Shown: positions 1 through 19,826, numbered from the stretch's first letter. The stretch is 64,000 bases of DNA from Alphaproteobacteria bacterium (GCA_035906055.1 JAMIFV010000021.1:1810-65809); one strand, 5' to 3'. The notes: generated from the sequence alone by a model not told the origin. Numbers and translations are program-made.

Positions 1-293
1 TTGGCTTCAAGCGTTATCTCGACATTGGGCGCGAACGGCCAGTGCCCCCCCGCCGCACGGATAAGCGCGGCGACAGTATCGGCCTCCATCAGTGAAGGGG
101 TGCCCCCGCCAAAGAAAATACTCACCACCTCCCGCTCCGGCAGAAGGGCCGCATAAAAAGCCAATTCCTTCAGCAACGCATCGCGCCACTGCGTATGCTC
201 CACACGATCGCGCACATGGGAGTTGAAGTCGCAATAGGGACATTTGGACTTGCAGAACGGCCAGTGAATGTAAATACTGAGAGGATGAGTCAT
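1..293 (-). CDS. hemW: Radical SAM heme chaperone HemW (HemN-like), N-terminal part; runs off the left edge
   Basis: Manual translation from ATG at 293 (not in ORF track): MTHPLSIYIHWPFCKSKCPYCDFNSHV...SIFFGGGTPSLM, with the CxxxCxxC and FGGGTPS motifs. Confidence 0.9.
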   Translation of the reverse strand, partial: MTHPLSIYIHWPFCKSKCPYCDFNSHVRDRVEHTQWRDALLKELAFYAALLPEREVVSIFFGGGTPSLMEADTVAALIRAAGGHWPFAPNVEITLEA

Positions 294-409
294 GGCGCTT
301 ACGTATCATAAAGAATCGGTTTCAGGAAGAAACCGTGCTTTAGTCGCCGAAGGCGTGAGGCTCATTGCGAAGGCCAGCAGGCCTGAGCAGGAGCAGAATA
401 AAGAGTTTT

Positions 410-1261
410 ATGAAACCCACCCGCGAACAGCAGCAGGCGCTTTTAGGCCTTATCACGCGTATTTATCAGGAAATACGGTCGCTTGAGGAGGCGGGCGGCA
501 TTATGGCGCGCCCTGAGGATTTCCGCCCGCGCATCGAGTATTTCCACGATGCCATCCGCGCGTTCGCGCAAGGCGCGGGAGACGGGTTCGACCGCACCGG
601 GCGGCTTTCAGTGGAATCGCTCGCCAATGACATCGTGATGCTGCGCCAGATCAGGGAAAAGCCGCTGGTGCGCCATCCGGAGCTTAACATCCGGCTTATG
701 CCGGGCAGGCAGGTAGCCCCCCCCGCCTCCCTGCCCGCACAGGGCACCGCGCGCGTGGATATGGCTGTGATTGCGGCGCTGGCAGAAGGCTACGCGCATT
801 ATGCCCTGATCTTCGCGGCGTTGCTCTCCTACCCGGCGGAACGTAATTTCATGAACCGCACGGGTGAATGCAATAACCAGCTCGATATGGTGCATGACCT
901 CATGGAAAACGCCAGGGGCAGGCAGAACGAGGCGCAGGTGAATGAAGAGGCCGCACTTGCCGGTATCACCGATCCCGAGCTGCGCCAGCGCCTCGTGGCC
1001 GCACTTGCCGCCGCCAAAAAGAGTAAACGCGCTTCCGGCACTGAGCTGTTCGCAGCTGCCCGGCAGGTGAAGGACGACGTGAACAAAACCATGCAAAAGA
1101 TCGATGCGCAGCATATGCGTTTCGCCAGCAGCCAGTTGATCATTTATCAGGATGCCCAGAAGCTGGTGAAGAAAATGGCCGCGCAGGGCATGAATATCGT
1201 CGGCGATTATGTGGAAAAAGCCGTGCGCGAAGCAGAACGCGGCGGCGGGCGCGGCTTTTAG
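410..1261 (+). CDS. Hypothetical helical protein (~283 aa)
   Basis: ORF 365..1261; ATG at 410 chosen as start; coding-like codon use; no recognisable family; ends ...REAERGGGRGF. Confidence 0.7.
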   Translation: MKPTREQQQALLGLITRIYQEIRSLEEAGGIMARPEDFRPRIEYFHDAIRAFAQGAGDGFDRTGRLSVESLANDIVMLRQIREKPLVRHPELNIRLMPGRQVAPPASLPAQGTARVDMAVIAALAEGYAHYALIFAALLSYPAERNFMNRTGECNNQLDMVHDLMENARGRQNEAQVNEEAALAGITDPELRQRLVAALAAAKKSKRASGTELFAAARQVKDDVNKTMQKIDAQHMRFASSQLIIYQDAQKLVKKMAAQGMNIVGDYVEKAVREAERGGGRGF

Positions 1262-1280
1262 GACTTAAGATGCTTTTGCT

Positions 1281-1375
1281 TTAGTTATGTGCAAGACAGC
1301 CGAGGCGAGGTGCGCGGAGTGTACAATCAGTACATGAGCACACCGAGACCGACGGATAACGAAGCACATGGCTAA
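1281..1375. repeat. Palindromic intergenic element (GTAC-centred, RPE-like)
   Basis: Ends ttagttatgtgc / gcacatggctaa are inverted; centre gtgtac-aatca-gtacat; similar architecture at 10706-10810. Confidence 0.6.
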
Positions 1376-1450
1376 ATGAAAAGTATCTTAAATGTAATTG
1401 GATATATATTTCTTGTTTGGTAAACAGGTTGCCGGAAAAAAGAGAGACTC

Positions 1451-3091
1451 ATGCGCAATAAACGATTCTTCAATGCCCTGTTAATGCTGGTGACGCTCAG
1501 CGCCTGCTTCATCGCGTTCGCCGTGCTGCAGCACGGCGCCAACGCGGCAGGCGTCACCTCACTGACAACCTCCGCATCGCAGGAACCCGCAGGCCCGCCC
1601 GCCTCTGCCGTGGACCCGCTGGGGCGCGGCACGCCCAAAGGCATGGTGCAGGGGTTCCTTAAGGCCGTAGAGGATGAAGATTATAACCGCGCCGCCGAAT
1701 ATCTTGACCTGCGCAGCCTTTCCAGCAAGCAGAAAGCCTCCGGTGCCGATTTCGCGCGCGACCTGCAGACCCTGCTGGACCAGGGCGGCTGGATCGAGCA
1801 GGCGGGCAAGCTCAGCGACAGTCCCGAAGGCAACACCAATGACGGGCTTGCCAATGCCGTGGACGTGGTAGGTAATATCCGTTCCACCGATCTCGTGGTG
1901 GAGTTGCAGGCACAACGCGTAGAGGACGACAAAGGCGGCCTGATCTGGAAATTTTCCGGCGATACGGTGAAAGCCATTCCCGGCCTGCTGGAGAAAATGT
2001 CCACCGGCCTTATCGACAGCACCCTGCCTGCGTTCCTCATCGAAAACAAGCTGTACGGCGTGCCGGTGGGGCACTGGCTGGCAATATTCACTATCGCGAT
2101 TACCGCGCTCTTGCTGTCATGGGCGCTCACCTACTGCGTTAACGCGCTGGTGCGCCGCATGTGGCCCTATATGCGCATTGGCCGCGCGCGCCAGGTGCTC
2201 GACGCCTGTACGTGGCCTATCCGTATCTATATCGCGCTGGGTATCTTCGTGGGACTTGCAAGGGCGTCGGGCATATCCATCGTGGCAAGGCAGAATTTCA
2301 CACTGATGGCGGAGATAGCCGCGTGGCTCTCGCTGTGGTGGTTCCTGTGGCGCATCATCGACATCGTGGCCGAGAACGTGCAGAACCGCATGGACAGGGA
2401 AATGCGCCGCTCCGCGCTTTCTTCAGTCATTTTCTTCCGCCGCAGCGCAAGGCTGATACTTTCGGTGATCGCCATAGCGCTTGCCCTTGACCGTGTGGGT
2501 ATCAATGTTACCGGCTGGTTCGCGGCACTGGGTATCGGCGGTCTGGCGCTGGCATTCGGTGCGCAGAAGACCATCGAGAATTTTGTAGTGGGCCTTACCC
2601 TCATCATGGATCAGCCGGTGCGCGTCGGCGATTTCTGCAGGATCGGCACGCTCGAAGGCACGGTGGAAGATATCGGCATGCGCTCCACGCGCCTGCGCAC
2701 CAATGAGCAGACCACCGTCACCATTCCCAACGGCATGTTGTCCACCCAGCCGATCGAGAATTTCGCGCTGCGTAACCGTTACTGGTTCCACCCCAAACTG
2801 GCATTGTGCCGCGAGACCAGCACCGGCCAGATGCGCCAGCTTCTGGAACGCCTGCGCGAATATGTCATCACCCACCCGCTTGTGGATAAAGACTCGGCGC
2901 GCGTGCGCTTCACCCAGATCACCAACGAGGCCTATCTGGTGGAAGTGCACGGCTTCCTCGCCGCCACCAGCCAGGACGACTTCCTCAAATCGCAGGAAGA
3001 GATGCTGCTGAAGATCATCGGCATCGTGGAAGAAAGCGGTTCGGGCTTCGCCCAGCCTGCCACCGCAACGGCTGCGCCGGTTAAAGCGTAA
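1451..3091 (+). CDS. MscS-family mechanosensitive channel with N-terminal periplasmic domain
   Basis: GIGGLALAFGAQKTIENF, DQPVRVGDFC, GTVEDIGMRSTRLRT, IPNG motifs. Confidence 0.92.
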   Translation: MRNKRFFNALLMLVTLSACFIAFAVLQHGANAAGVTSLTTSASQEPAGPPASAVDPLGRGTPKGMVQGFLKAVEDEDYNRAAEYLDLRSLSSKQKASGADFARDLQTLLDQGGWIEQAGKLSDSPEGNTNDGLANAVDVVGNIRSTDLVVELQAQRVEDDKGGLIWKFSGDTVKAIPGLLEKMSTGLIDSTLPAFLIENKLYGVPVGHWLAIFTIAITALLLSWALTYCVNALVRRMWPYMRIGRARQVLDACTWPIRIYIALGIFVGLARASGISIVARQNFTLMAEIAAWLSLWWFLWRIIDIVAENVQNRMDREMRRSALSSVIFFRRSARLILSVIAIALALDRVGINVTGWFAALGIGGLALAFGAQKTIENFVVGLTLIMDQPVRVGDFCRIGTLEGTVEDIGMRSTRLRTNEQTTVTIPNGMLSTQPIENFALRNRYWFHPKLALCRETSTGQMRQLLERLREYVITHPLVDKDSARVRFTQITNEAYLVEVHGFLAATSQDDFLKSQEEMLLKIIGIVEESGSGFAQPATATAAPVKA

Positions 3092-3100
3092 TTTAATTTA

Positions 3101-3253
3101 GGAGGGCGTCCCGCCCCCGCTCGTGCTCCCCCTCTAAAGGGGTCGTCACAACAAAGTTCCTCCGCGCATACGGTACCGGCGTTTATTCCAGTGCATTGCA
3201 ATTGGCGTAAGGGGGTGAATCGGCGGAGCCGAGAGGGGAAAGCGTTTCCCCTA
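3101..3253. repeat. 3'-UTR repeat family copy (core CCCCCTCTAAAGGGGTCGTC) plus a second GGGG/CCCC hairpin
   Basis: Core at 3128-3147 is identical at 52227-52246 and, as reverse complement, at 20194-20213. Confidence 0.75.
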
Positions 3254-3259
3254 TTTTAC

Positions 3260-3829
3260 TTAAGTGTAACGCAGGAACACTATCTTCGAGTTGCCGTATT
3301 CGCGTTCGTCGAACAGGTCATAGCAGGCGGGCGGCGTCAGCTTTTCCTTGGCGGATACTTCCACCACGATAATGGCACCTTGTTCCAGCCAGCCCTGCTG
3401 GTCGAGGCTGTTCAGCGACTTTACCGCGAGGCCGCTGTCATAGGGCGGGTCCATGAACACCAGCTTCACTTTGCGGCGGGCGGGCGGCAGTGAGGTGGAA
3501 TCATTGCGCAGGAAGGTTGTAGTCTCGTCCTCCTCCCCCATGCGCAGCGCGTTCTGGCGGGCAAGATGGATGGAGTCGTTCGCCTGATCCACAAAGGTCA
3601 CATGCGCCGCCCCGCGCGAAAGCGCTTCCAGCCCCAGCGCGCCGGTGCCGCAGAAGAGGTCGAGCACGCGCTGGTCGATAAGCGGTGATTCCCCGTCCGC
3701 GCCAAAGGAGCCATGCGTGAGTATGTTGAATATCGCACCGCGCGCCATGCTGCCGGTGGGGCGGATATTCTTGTTGTCCTTGGTTTCTATGTTCCTGCCG
3801 CGATGTTTTCCTGCGATGATCCTGAGCAT
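3260..3829 (-). CDS. rsmD: 16S rRNA m2G966 methyltransferase RsmD
   Basis: MLRIIAGKHRGR, IRPT, VLDLFCGTGALGLEALSRGA, FMDPPY. Confidence 0.95.
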   Translation of the reverse strand: MLRIIAGKHRGRNIETKDNKNIRPTGSMARGAIFNILTHGSFGADGESPLIDQRVLDLFCGTGALGLEALSRGAAHVTFVDQANDSIHLARQNALRMGEEDETTTFLRNDSTSLPPARRKVKLVFMDPPYDSGLAVKSLNSLDQQGWLEQGAIIVVEVSAKEKLTPPACYDLFDEREYGNSKIVFLRYT

Positions 3830-3856
3830 ATGCTGGTGCCTTACTATCGTTTCATC

Positions 3857-5497
3857 TTACTTCTTTGGGGCCGATAAACAATGATGCGCCTTGCCTTGCG
3901 GCGCAATAAGCTGATCGAACAGCGCCCGCGTGGGCACAGTCACCAGCTTCGTCTTTATCATGCCGCGCGCGGCCAGTTCGGTTACGGTTCTGTCCAGTTC
4001 CTCGCATTTCAGGAAATTCGCCGCGATCGTGCGCGAACTGTTCATAATAAAGAACGATACCGCTTCCACCCCGTCCAGCAGGCCTTTCTGCTTCGCATCA
4101 TTAAACAGGGTTATGAACGTTTGCGCATCATAATTCATGTAAAAACGTTTAAACAGCAATCTGGTCTGCCCATACGGCATCACCACGTAAGAGGCAATGC
4201 CCTTCTCTGCGGGGTCGGCTTTATCGTTCTGTATCATGGCGAGGTAAGGATTGTACGCGGGCATGGTAATCAGCCACGCGTCGCTGCGCTCTGCCACCAG
4301 AAGCCGGTCAGGGGGCAATGTGCCAAGCGCCTGCATGGTCGCGTCCCATGCAGGTTTATCAAGCCCGTATTCCCCGCTATCGGCAAAACGCACCTGCGGA
4401 TCATACAGCAGCCAGCCAGAAACCAGCATCAGTAAAGCGGTGGCATCGACCGCCAGCGCACGTTTGCGGATGAATGGCACCGCATTGAAGATGGGCACGC
4501 ATAGCCCTGCAAGGATACAGCCCAACACCGGCATGATGAACGGGAACACCCACAAACTGTGCCTGCTGGCGAGCGTGGGGTAAAGCCCCGTTATGTTCAG
4601 CATTACGCCAAGCGCCAGCGCCAGCCACCCCATCTGCACGAACCTGCGCAGCGGGGTTTTGAGGTAGATAGCGGTCAGCGGCAGCAGGAATGCACTGAAA
4701 AACCCTACATACATGGAGGGAAACATATAGACGAACGCGCTGGGCGGATAAACAAGGCCGCGTGCCAGCGCCATCAGCCCTGAGGCCTGCGCGCCCTCAT
4801 CTTCACTCAGCTGTGTCATCGTAGGCAGCCAGAGGTCATACAGCATCAGCCATACCGCCGCCAGCACCGCGTGCACGACGACAAATCCCGCCCTTTTGCG
4901 CCCCGTCACCGTTTTGAAGATGAACAATTCCGCCACCCCGATGCAGAATATGCCGAATGCGGCGGAAAAATTGATGAAGCAGGCGAACAGCGCACAGAGG
5001 AAATATATCTCAAGCTGGCGGCTCTGCGGGTTTTTGCGCCAGCACAGATAGGCGTAGAACGCGGCGGAGAGGAAGAACAGGAACGCCATGTAGCTGCGCA
5101 GCACGAACGACTGCACGATGCAGCCATAGCTGAACGTCGCCAGCGCGGCAGCGGCATAGCCCGCCAGCCTGCCGTCCATCGCCTTGCCGATATGGTAATA
5201 GAGAATCACAAGCGCGAGGCCGAAAAGCAGCGCCAGCGCACGCAGTATATCCGGCTCATGGCTCAGCTTCGCCCAGAAATGGTACAACACCGTGCCAAAG
5301 GAGGGATGCGTCTCGTACAGGCTGAAACGGATCGTTTCCATGAGCGAGCCACCCGCCGCCATGGCGAAATTGATTGCCTCGTCACTATGGAAATAAAAGC
5401 CGGTAGCGCCGTTCACGCGGATAAAAGCTGCGACCGCCACCAGCGTAATAAGCCAGAATGTAATGCGGCTGCAATGACTTACGTCGGGATTTTGCAT
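3857..5497 (-). CDS. Polytopic membrane glycosyltransferase (GT-C / GT39-like)
   Basis: Many TM segments; N-terminal loop FHSDEA..ETHP typical of lipid-linked sugar transferases. Confidence 0.7.
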   Translation of the reverse strand: MQNPDVSHCSRITFWLITLVAVAAFIRVNGATGFYFHSDEAINFAMAAGGSLMETIRFSLYETHPSFGTVLYHFWAKLSHEPDILRALALLFGLALVILYYHIGKAMDGRLAGYAAAALATFSYGCIVQSFVLRSYMAFLFFLSAAFYAYLCWRKNPQSRQLEIYFLCALFACFINFSAAFGIFCIGVAELFIFKTVTGRKRAGFVVVHAVLAAVWLMLYDLWLPTMTQLSEDEGAQASGLMALARGLVYPPSAFVYMFPSMYVGFFSAFLLPLTAIYLKTPLRRFVQMGWLALALGVMLNITGLYPTLASRHSLWVFPFIMPVLGCILAGLCVPIFNAVPFIRKRALAVDATALLMLVSGWLLYDPQVRFADSGEYGLDKPAWDATMQALGTLPPDRLLVAERSDAWLITMPAYNPYLAMIQNDKADPAEKGIASYVVMPYGQTRLLFKRFYMNYDAQTFITLFNDAKQKGLLDGVEAVSFFIMNSSRTIAANFLKCEELDRTVTELAARGMIKTKLVTVPTRALFDQLIAPQGKAHHCLSAPKK

Positions 5498-5742
5498 GGG
5501 ATTACACAGCCGGTTCGCGGGTTTACTGAACTCGCTGTATAACAGTAACGTGCCTGCCTATAAAGGAAATTCTACCGATTACCCGGCCTGCATTTCCCCT
5601 CTTCCCGGCGCTGGCGGCGCACAGGAATAATCACCGCTTGCACAGCCGGAAAACCTGTGATAACAGGTGCGCGCGTAGAAATATCACAGTTACGTGAAGC
5701 GTTGTAAAACAAAGACATAGATACTGTTAATAGGAGCCTTGC

Positions 5743-7272
5743 ATGGAAATTCGCCCTTCGGAAATTTCTGATATTCTCAAGAAAAAGATCGCCGCTTTTG
5801 ATGCAGGCGCTGAACTGTCCGAAACCGGGCAGGTTGTTTCCGTAGGTGACGGTATCGCCACCATCTATGGCCTCGAAAACGTACAGGCCGGTGAAATGGT
5901 GCAGTTCCCCAGCGGCATGAAGGGCATGGCGCTCAATCTTGAAGCCGACAATGTGGGCGTGGTAATCTTCGGTTCCGACCAGGCCGTGAAAGAAGGCGAC
6001 ATCGTAAAACGTACCGGCGACATCGTGGACGTTCCCGTGGGCAAAGGCCTGCTGGGCCGCGTAGTTGACGCACTGGGCAACCCGATCGACGGCAAAGGCC
6101 CCCTGAAGGACGTAAAACGCTCCCGCGTGGAAGTGAAGGCTCCCGGTATCGTATACCGCAAATCCGTACATGAGCCGATGTCCACGGGCATCAAGGCTAT
6201 CGACGCACTCATCCCCATCGGGCGCGGCCAGCGCGAGCTGATCATCGGTGACCGTCAGACCGGCAAGACCGCCATCGCGGTTGACACCATCCTCAACCAG
6301 AAAGCCGCCAACGCAGGCGACGACGAAAGCAAGAAGCTGTACTGCATCTATGTGTGCGTAGGCCAGAAGCGTTCCACCGTTGCGCAGGTAGTGAAAAAGC
6401 TCGAAGAGACCGGCGCGCTGGAATATTCCATCGTGGTAGCCGCCACCGCTTCGGAGCCCGCTCCGCTGCAGTATCTCGCGCCCTACACCGGCGCCGCCAT
6501 GGGCGAATTCTTCCGCGACAACGCCATGCATGCGCTGATCATTTATGATGATCTTTCCAAGCAGGCCGTGGCTTACCGCCAGATGTCCCTGCTCTTGCGC
6601 CGCCCGCCCGGCCGTGAAGCGTATCCCGGTGACGTATTCTACGTTCACTCCCGCCTGCTCGAACGCGCCGCTAAAATGAGCGACGACAAGGGCGCAGGCT
6701 CACTCACCGCCCTGCCCGTCATCGAAACGCAGGCTGGCGACGTATCCGCCTACATCCCGACCAACGTAATCTCCATCACCGACGGCCAGATATTCCTTGA
6801 AACCGAACTGTTCTACAAAGGCGTGCGCCCCGCGGTTAACGTGGGCCTTTCCGTATCCCGCGTAGGTTCTGCCGCGCAGATCAAGGCCATGAAGCAGGTA
6901 GCAGGTTCCATCAAGCTGGAACTCGCGCAGTACCGCGAAATGGAGGCATTCGCCCAGTTCGGTTCCGACCTCGACGCCGCCACGCAGAAGCTGCTGGCAC
7001 GCGGCCAGCGCCTCACTGAACTGCTCAAGCAGCCGCAATACTCTCCGCTCTCCACTTCGGAAGAAGTCCTGGTGATCTATGCGGGCGTAAAAGGCTACCT
7101 CGACGCCATGCCGGTGAAGAACATCGCTGAGTTCGAAAAGGCGCTGCTGCAGCAGGCACGCGCTGAAGGCAAGCTGCTTGCCACCATCGACAAGGAACAG
7201 AAACTCACTGATGCTTCCGAAGCCCAGATGAAAACCATGATCACCGAAATTGTGAAAAGGTTCGCCAGTTAG
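5743..7272 (+). CDS. atpA: F1 ATP synthase alpha subunit
   Basis: GDRQTGKT Walker [14 protein letters not shown]; SD ggag upstream. Confidence 0.99.
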   Translation: MEIRPSEISDILKKKIAAFDAGAELSETGQVVSVGDGIATIYGLENVQAGEMVQFPSGMKGMALNLEADNVGVVIFGSDQAVKEGDIVKRTGDIVDVPVGKGLLGRVVDALGNPIDGKGPLKDVKRSRVEVKAPGIVYRKSVHEPMSTGIKAIDALIPIGRGQRELIIGDRQTGKTAIAVDTILNQKAANAGDDESKKLYCIYVCVGQKRSTVAQVVKKLEETGALEYSIVVAATASEPAPLQYLAPYTGAAMGEFFRDNAMHALIIYDDLSKQAVAYRQMSLLLRRPPGREAYPGDVFYVHSRLLERAAKMSDDKGAGSLTALPVIETQAGDVSAYIPTNVISITDGQIFLETELFYKGVRPAVNVGLSVSRVGSAAQIKAMKQVAGSIKLELAQYREMEAFAQFGSDLDAATQKLLARGQRLTELLKQPQYSPLSTSEEVLVIYAGVKGYLDAMPVKNIAEFEKALLQQARAEGKLLATIDKEQKLTDASEAQMKTMITEIVKRFAS

Positions 7273-7300
7273 GGGCTAGCTACTAGTAGCTAGGGACTGG
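7270..7300 (+). repeat. Left heptamer-period arm (CTAG flavour)
   Basis: CTAG at 7276, 7283, 7290 and CTGG at 7297 (7-nt period); begins at the atpA stop codon TAG. Confidence 0.85.
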
Positions 7301-7305
7301 CTTGT

Positions 7306-7683
7306 ATGGTTAAGCATTATAGAGAACTGAAGATTTGGCAAAGATCCATGGAATTGACGAAATCAATATATGAGGCTACCGCGCAATTTCCTAAAACGGA
7401 AATATATGGCCTTGCCGTTCAGATGCGTCGTTCATCTGTCTCGGTGCCGTCTAATATCGCCGAAGGGCATAATCGAGATTCTTCAAAAGAGTTTCTGCGT
7501 TTTCCTTCCATTGCCCAAGGCTCGCTTGCCGAGTTGGAAACACAGATCACTCTCTCGCAAGCGTTCGCCTACATTCCTGAAAAGCAGGCTTATGATTTAC
7601 TGCAATGTGCCGATGAAGTTGGAAAAATGATTCGCGGCCTGCAATCCAGAATTAACGAAAACCTACTAGCCCCTAGCAACTAG
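7306..7683 (+). CDS. Four-helix-bundle protein (23S rRNA intervening-sequence protein / TIGR02436-like; Avd-like fold)
   Basis: YRELKIWQRSM..IY..T..FPK.E.YGL..QMRRSSVSVPSNIAEG..R.S.KEF....IA.GSL.ELETQ signature; lower GC than flanks. Confidence 0.93.
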   Translation: MVKHYRELKIWQRSMELTKSIYEATAQFPKTEIYGLAVQMRRSSVSVPSNIAEGHNRDSSKEFLRFPSIAQGSLAELETQITLSQAFAYIPEKQAYDLLQCADEVGKMIRGLQSRINENLLAPSN

Positions 7684-7695
7684 CTCCTAGCAACT
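7663..7695 (+). repeat. Right heptamer-period arm (CTAG flavour), inverted relative to 7270-7300
   Basis: CTAG at 7666, 7673, 7680, 7687 and CTAT at 7694; ctagccccta complements taggggctag; contains the four-helix gene stop and abuts the atpG ATG. Confidence 0.85.
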
Positions 7696-8568
7696 ATGCC
7701 AAGTTTAAAAGATTTAAAGAACAGGATTAAGAGCGTCAAATCGACGCAGAAGATCACGAAGGCCATGAAGATGGTGGCCGCCGCGAAGCTGCGCCGCGCC
7801 AAGGACCGTGCAGAATCCGCACGCCCCTATGCGGAAAAGATGGCCGCTATCCTTTCCTCCCTCGCCGCAGGCCAGAGCCAGAACGCCATTCCGCTGCTAA
7901 ACGGCACGGGTAAATCCGACACCGTGCTGCTGGTGGTGATGACCTCCGACCGTGGCCTGTGCGGCGCGTTCAACGGCTCCATCACGCGTGCCACCAAACG
8001 CAAGGTGGCCGAGCTGAGAGCCGCGGGCAAGACCGTGAAGCTCTTGTGCATAGGCAAAAAAGCCTATGACCTGCTCAAGAACGATTTCGGCAGCCTGATC
8101 ATCGGCCGCATGAGCGAGATCGGCAAGAAGCAGGTGCAATACGCGGAAGCCGAACATATCGCACGCGCCGTGCTCAAGCATTTCAACGATGGCGGCATCG
8201 ACATGGTGCATATCGTTTACAACCATTTCAAGTCGGCCATATCGCAGGTGGTTACGTTCCAGCAGGTGATTCCGTTGCTAGAACTAAACAACGAACAACG
8301 AGCAACGAACAACGTTCCCTATGAATTCGAGCCGGATGAAGAATCCATCCTCGCCGACCTGCTGCCGCGTAACGTGGCCGTGCAGATCTATGGCGGGCTT
8401 CTGGAAAATGCCGCATCCGAACAGGGCGCGCGCATGACCGCGATGGACAACGCCACCCGCAACGCAGGCGGCATGATCGGCAAGCTCACCCTCAAATACA
8501 ACCGTACCCGTCAGGCGACGATTACGAAAGAACTCATTGAGATTATCTCGGGAGCGGAAGCATTATAA
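7696..8568 (+). CDS. atpG: F1 ATP synthase gamma subunit
   Basis: [50 protein letters not shown]. Confidence 0.99.
   Translation: MPSLKDLKNRIKSVKSTQKITKAMKMVAAAKLRRAKDRAESARPYAEKMAAILSSLAAGQSQNAIPLLNGTGKSDTVLLVVMTSDRGLCGAFNGSITRATKRKVAELRAAGKTVKLLCIGKKAYDLLKNDFGSLIIGRMSEIGKKQVQYAEAEHIARAVLKHFNDGGIDMVHIVYNHFKSAISQVVTFQQVIPLLELNNEQRATNNVPYEFEPDEESILADLLPRNVAVQIYGGLLENAASEQGARMTAMDNATRNAGGMIGKLTLKYNRTRQATITKELIEIISGAEAL
8286..8314 (+). repeat. In-frame heptamer array inside atpG (CAAC flavour)
   Basis: aaacaac-gaacaac-gagcaac-gaacaac-g, encoding NNEQRATNN. Confidence 0.85.
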
Positions 8569-8570
8569 CC

Positions 8571-8634
8571 GTTTTTAGTTGTTGGTTGTTCGTTGTTCGA
8601 ACCGCTGACAACCCACAACAAGCAACGAACAACG
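8571..8634 (+). repeat. Empty heptamer-period hairpin between atpG and atpD (GTTG/CAAC flavour)
   Basis: gttttta-gttgttg-gttgttc-gttgttc, then tgacaac-ccacaac-aagcaac-gaacaac. Confidence 0.88.
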
Positions 8635-8646
8635 ATTTTTGAATAA

Positions 8647-10092
<1,446 letters not shown>

Positions 10093-10099
10093 AATTACT

Positions 10100-10190
10100 G
10101 AGGGGGCCGCGCAACGCGCCCCCCTTAGATTCCATACTCCCCTTTGAAATAAATAGGCCCGTACGGGGTCGCCCGGTTCTGTAGGGTGCC
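10100..10190. repeat. Degenerate GGGGG/CCCCC palindromic 3'-UTR element
   Basis: agggggccgcgcaacgcgccccccttag...ctcccct...ggggtcg resembles the family at 3101 and 52196. Confidence 0.45.
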
Positions 10191-10198
10191 AGGGAATT

Positions 10199-10564
10199 TT
10201 AGCGTCGCAGTCCGTGCTGTGCCTGCCATAAAGCGCCGCCTACCCTTATACCAGTATTCTCAAGCTGCATTGCCTCCAGCACCGGCTGAAGTTTATCCTC
10301 ACCTCCCACGGCAGCGGCTAAATTAGCGGGATCGATCTTATGCCGAATGCGGCCATCGCCAGCGGTAGAAACCGCAGAAGGTATCTCAAGGCGGTCCAGC
10401 GCTTCGCGCGCGTCTATTTTAACGAAATAATTATCCGGGCGTGTAACAGGCTCTTTGCCTTCTTCTACCACAGGCGGGTAGCTGATCTTGTAGACATGGC
10501 CGTCCCTTGCCATCTCCAGCAGCCTGCGCAACTTGTATGCTTCATCAGATTCCGGTTCTTTCAT
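10199..10564 (-). CDS. Hypothetical protein (~121 aa)
   Basis: ORF 10199..10615; ATG at 10564 preceded by gagggg; no family recognised. Confidence 0.6.
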   Translation of the reverse strand: MKEPESDEAYKLRRLLEMARDGHVYKISYPPVVEEGKEPVTRPDNYFVKIDAREALDRLEIPSAVSTAGDGRIRHKIDPANLAAAVGGEDKLQPVLEAMQLENTGIRVGGALWQAQHGLRR

Positions 10565-10654
10565 ACGCCCCTCATGTGAGCCGCCAGTATAACAAGGGTA
10601 AAACACGATAGCCACCTGACAAACATGAAGTTTCCGTTACAACAGACCAGCAAC

Positions 10655-10686
10655 AAAAAAACCCCTGATTTATCAGGGGTTTTTTA
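10655..10686. terminator. Intrinsic terminator (bidirectional) downstream of rpoC
   Basis: aaaaaaacccctgat-tt-atcaggggtttttt hairpin with T-tracts on both strands. Confidence 0.85.
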
Positions 10687-10705
10687 TTATTCTTTACGAA
10701 AATCG

Positions 10706-10810
10706 CTAGGGCGAGCCGGATGCGAAGGTTTGCGAGAACCGTACTGGAGAGTACAACAAGGTACGTGAAGCACGGAAGCGCAGCAAACCAAGCAAGCTGG
10801 CCGCCCCTAG
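10706..10810. repeat. Palindromic intergenic element (GTAC-centred, RPE-like)
   Basis: ctagggcgagcc / ggccgcccctag inverted ends; centre gagtac-aacaag-gtacgtga. Confidence 0.6.
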
Positions 10811-10816
10811 TAGATT

Positions 10817-19210
<8,394 letters not shown>

Positions 19211-19291
19211 GTTAAGCCCTTCTTAAATATACTGATAGTTGCGTCGCGTTGCGGCAAGCGTGAGTGTGGGTGTAAAGACAGATAGCCAATA

Positions 19292-19357
19292 TGCACCAAG
19301 GCCGGAGACCGCTACCCGCGATCCTGCAGGTATACGAACTCCGGCCAATAGGGTGCA
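19292..19357 (-). promoter_or_regulatory. Long hairpin in the rplL-rpoB spacer (possible attenuator or processing site)
   Basis: Nested inverted segments tgcacc/ggtgca, ggccggag/ctccggcc, tacccgc/gcaggta; function inferred by analogy with the E. coli rplL-rpoB spacer. Confidence 0.5.
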
Positions 19358-19363
19358 GTGAAG

Positions 19364-19744
19364 TTATTTTACTTCTACTTTGGCGCCGTTGTCTTCGAGC
19401 AGCTTCTTGATCTTAGCCGCTTCGTCTTTGGATACGCCGGCCTTCACTTCCTTCGGAGCGCCTTCTACGAGGTCCTTAGCTTCCTTCAGGCCGAGACCGG
19501 TCACTGCGCGAACCTCCTTGATGATATTGATCTTGTTCGCACCGGCGTCCTTGAGGATCACGGTGAATTCGGTCTGCTCTTCACCGGCGGCAGCGCCACC
19601 AGCGGCGGGAGCGGCGGCAGCAACAGCCACGGGAGCAGCGGCGGAAACGCCCCACTTCTCTTCGAGCATCTTGGAGAGTTCGGCAGCTTCGATAACCGTC
19701 AGAGCAGACAGGCTATCAACGATTTGAGCGAGATTAGCAGACAT
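19364..19744 (-). CDS. rplL: 50S ribosomal protein L7/L12
   Basis: [22 protein letters not shown]. Confidence 0.98.
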   Translation of the reverse strand: MSANLAQIVDSLSALTVIEAAELSKMLEEKWGVSAAAPVAVAAAAPAAGGAAAGEEQTEFTVILKDAGANKINIIKEVRAVTGLGLKEAKDLVEGAPKEVKAGVSKDEAAKIKKLLEDNGAKVEVK

Positions 19745-19826
19745 GGATACACCCTCTATAAATTATTCTATAATTTTCAGTAACTTGTTTATTCACAAGA
19801 CGCATTGCCCTGAAATAAGAGCAGGG

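Noticed and set aside
7-309. ORF-track 100-aa minus-strand ORF
   Set aside because: Wrong frame; another minus frame encodes the radical-SAM motif of HemW.
292-486. ORF 292..486 (+) with an apparent SD, suggesting a frameshifted start for the 410..1261 gene
   Set aside because: The apparent SD is the antisense of the first hemW codons (hemW starts at 293 on the minus strand); 294-409 is better read as the divergent promoter region.
8571-8634. Heptamer arrays as CRISPR repeats or intrinsic terminators
   Set aside because: There are no unique spacers or cas genes, the units are only 7 nt, and the hairpins lack a downstream U-tract on the sense strand in most copies.
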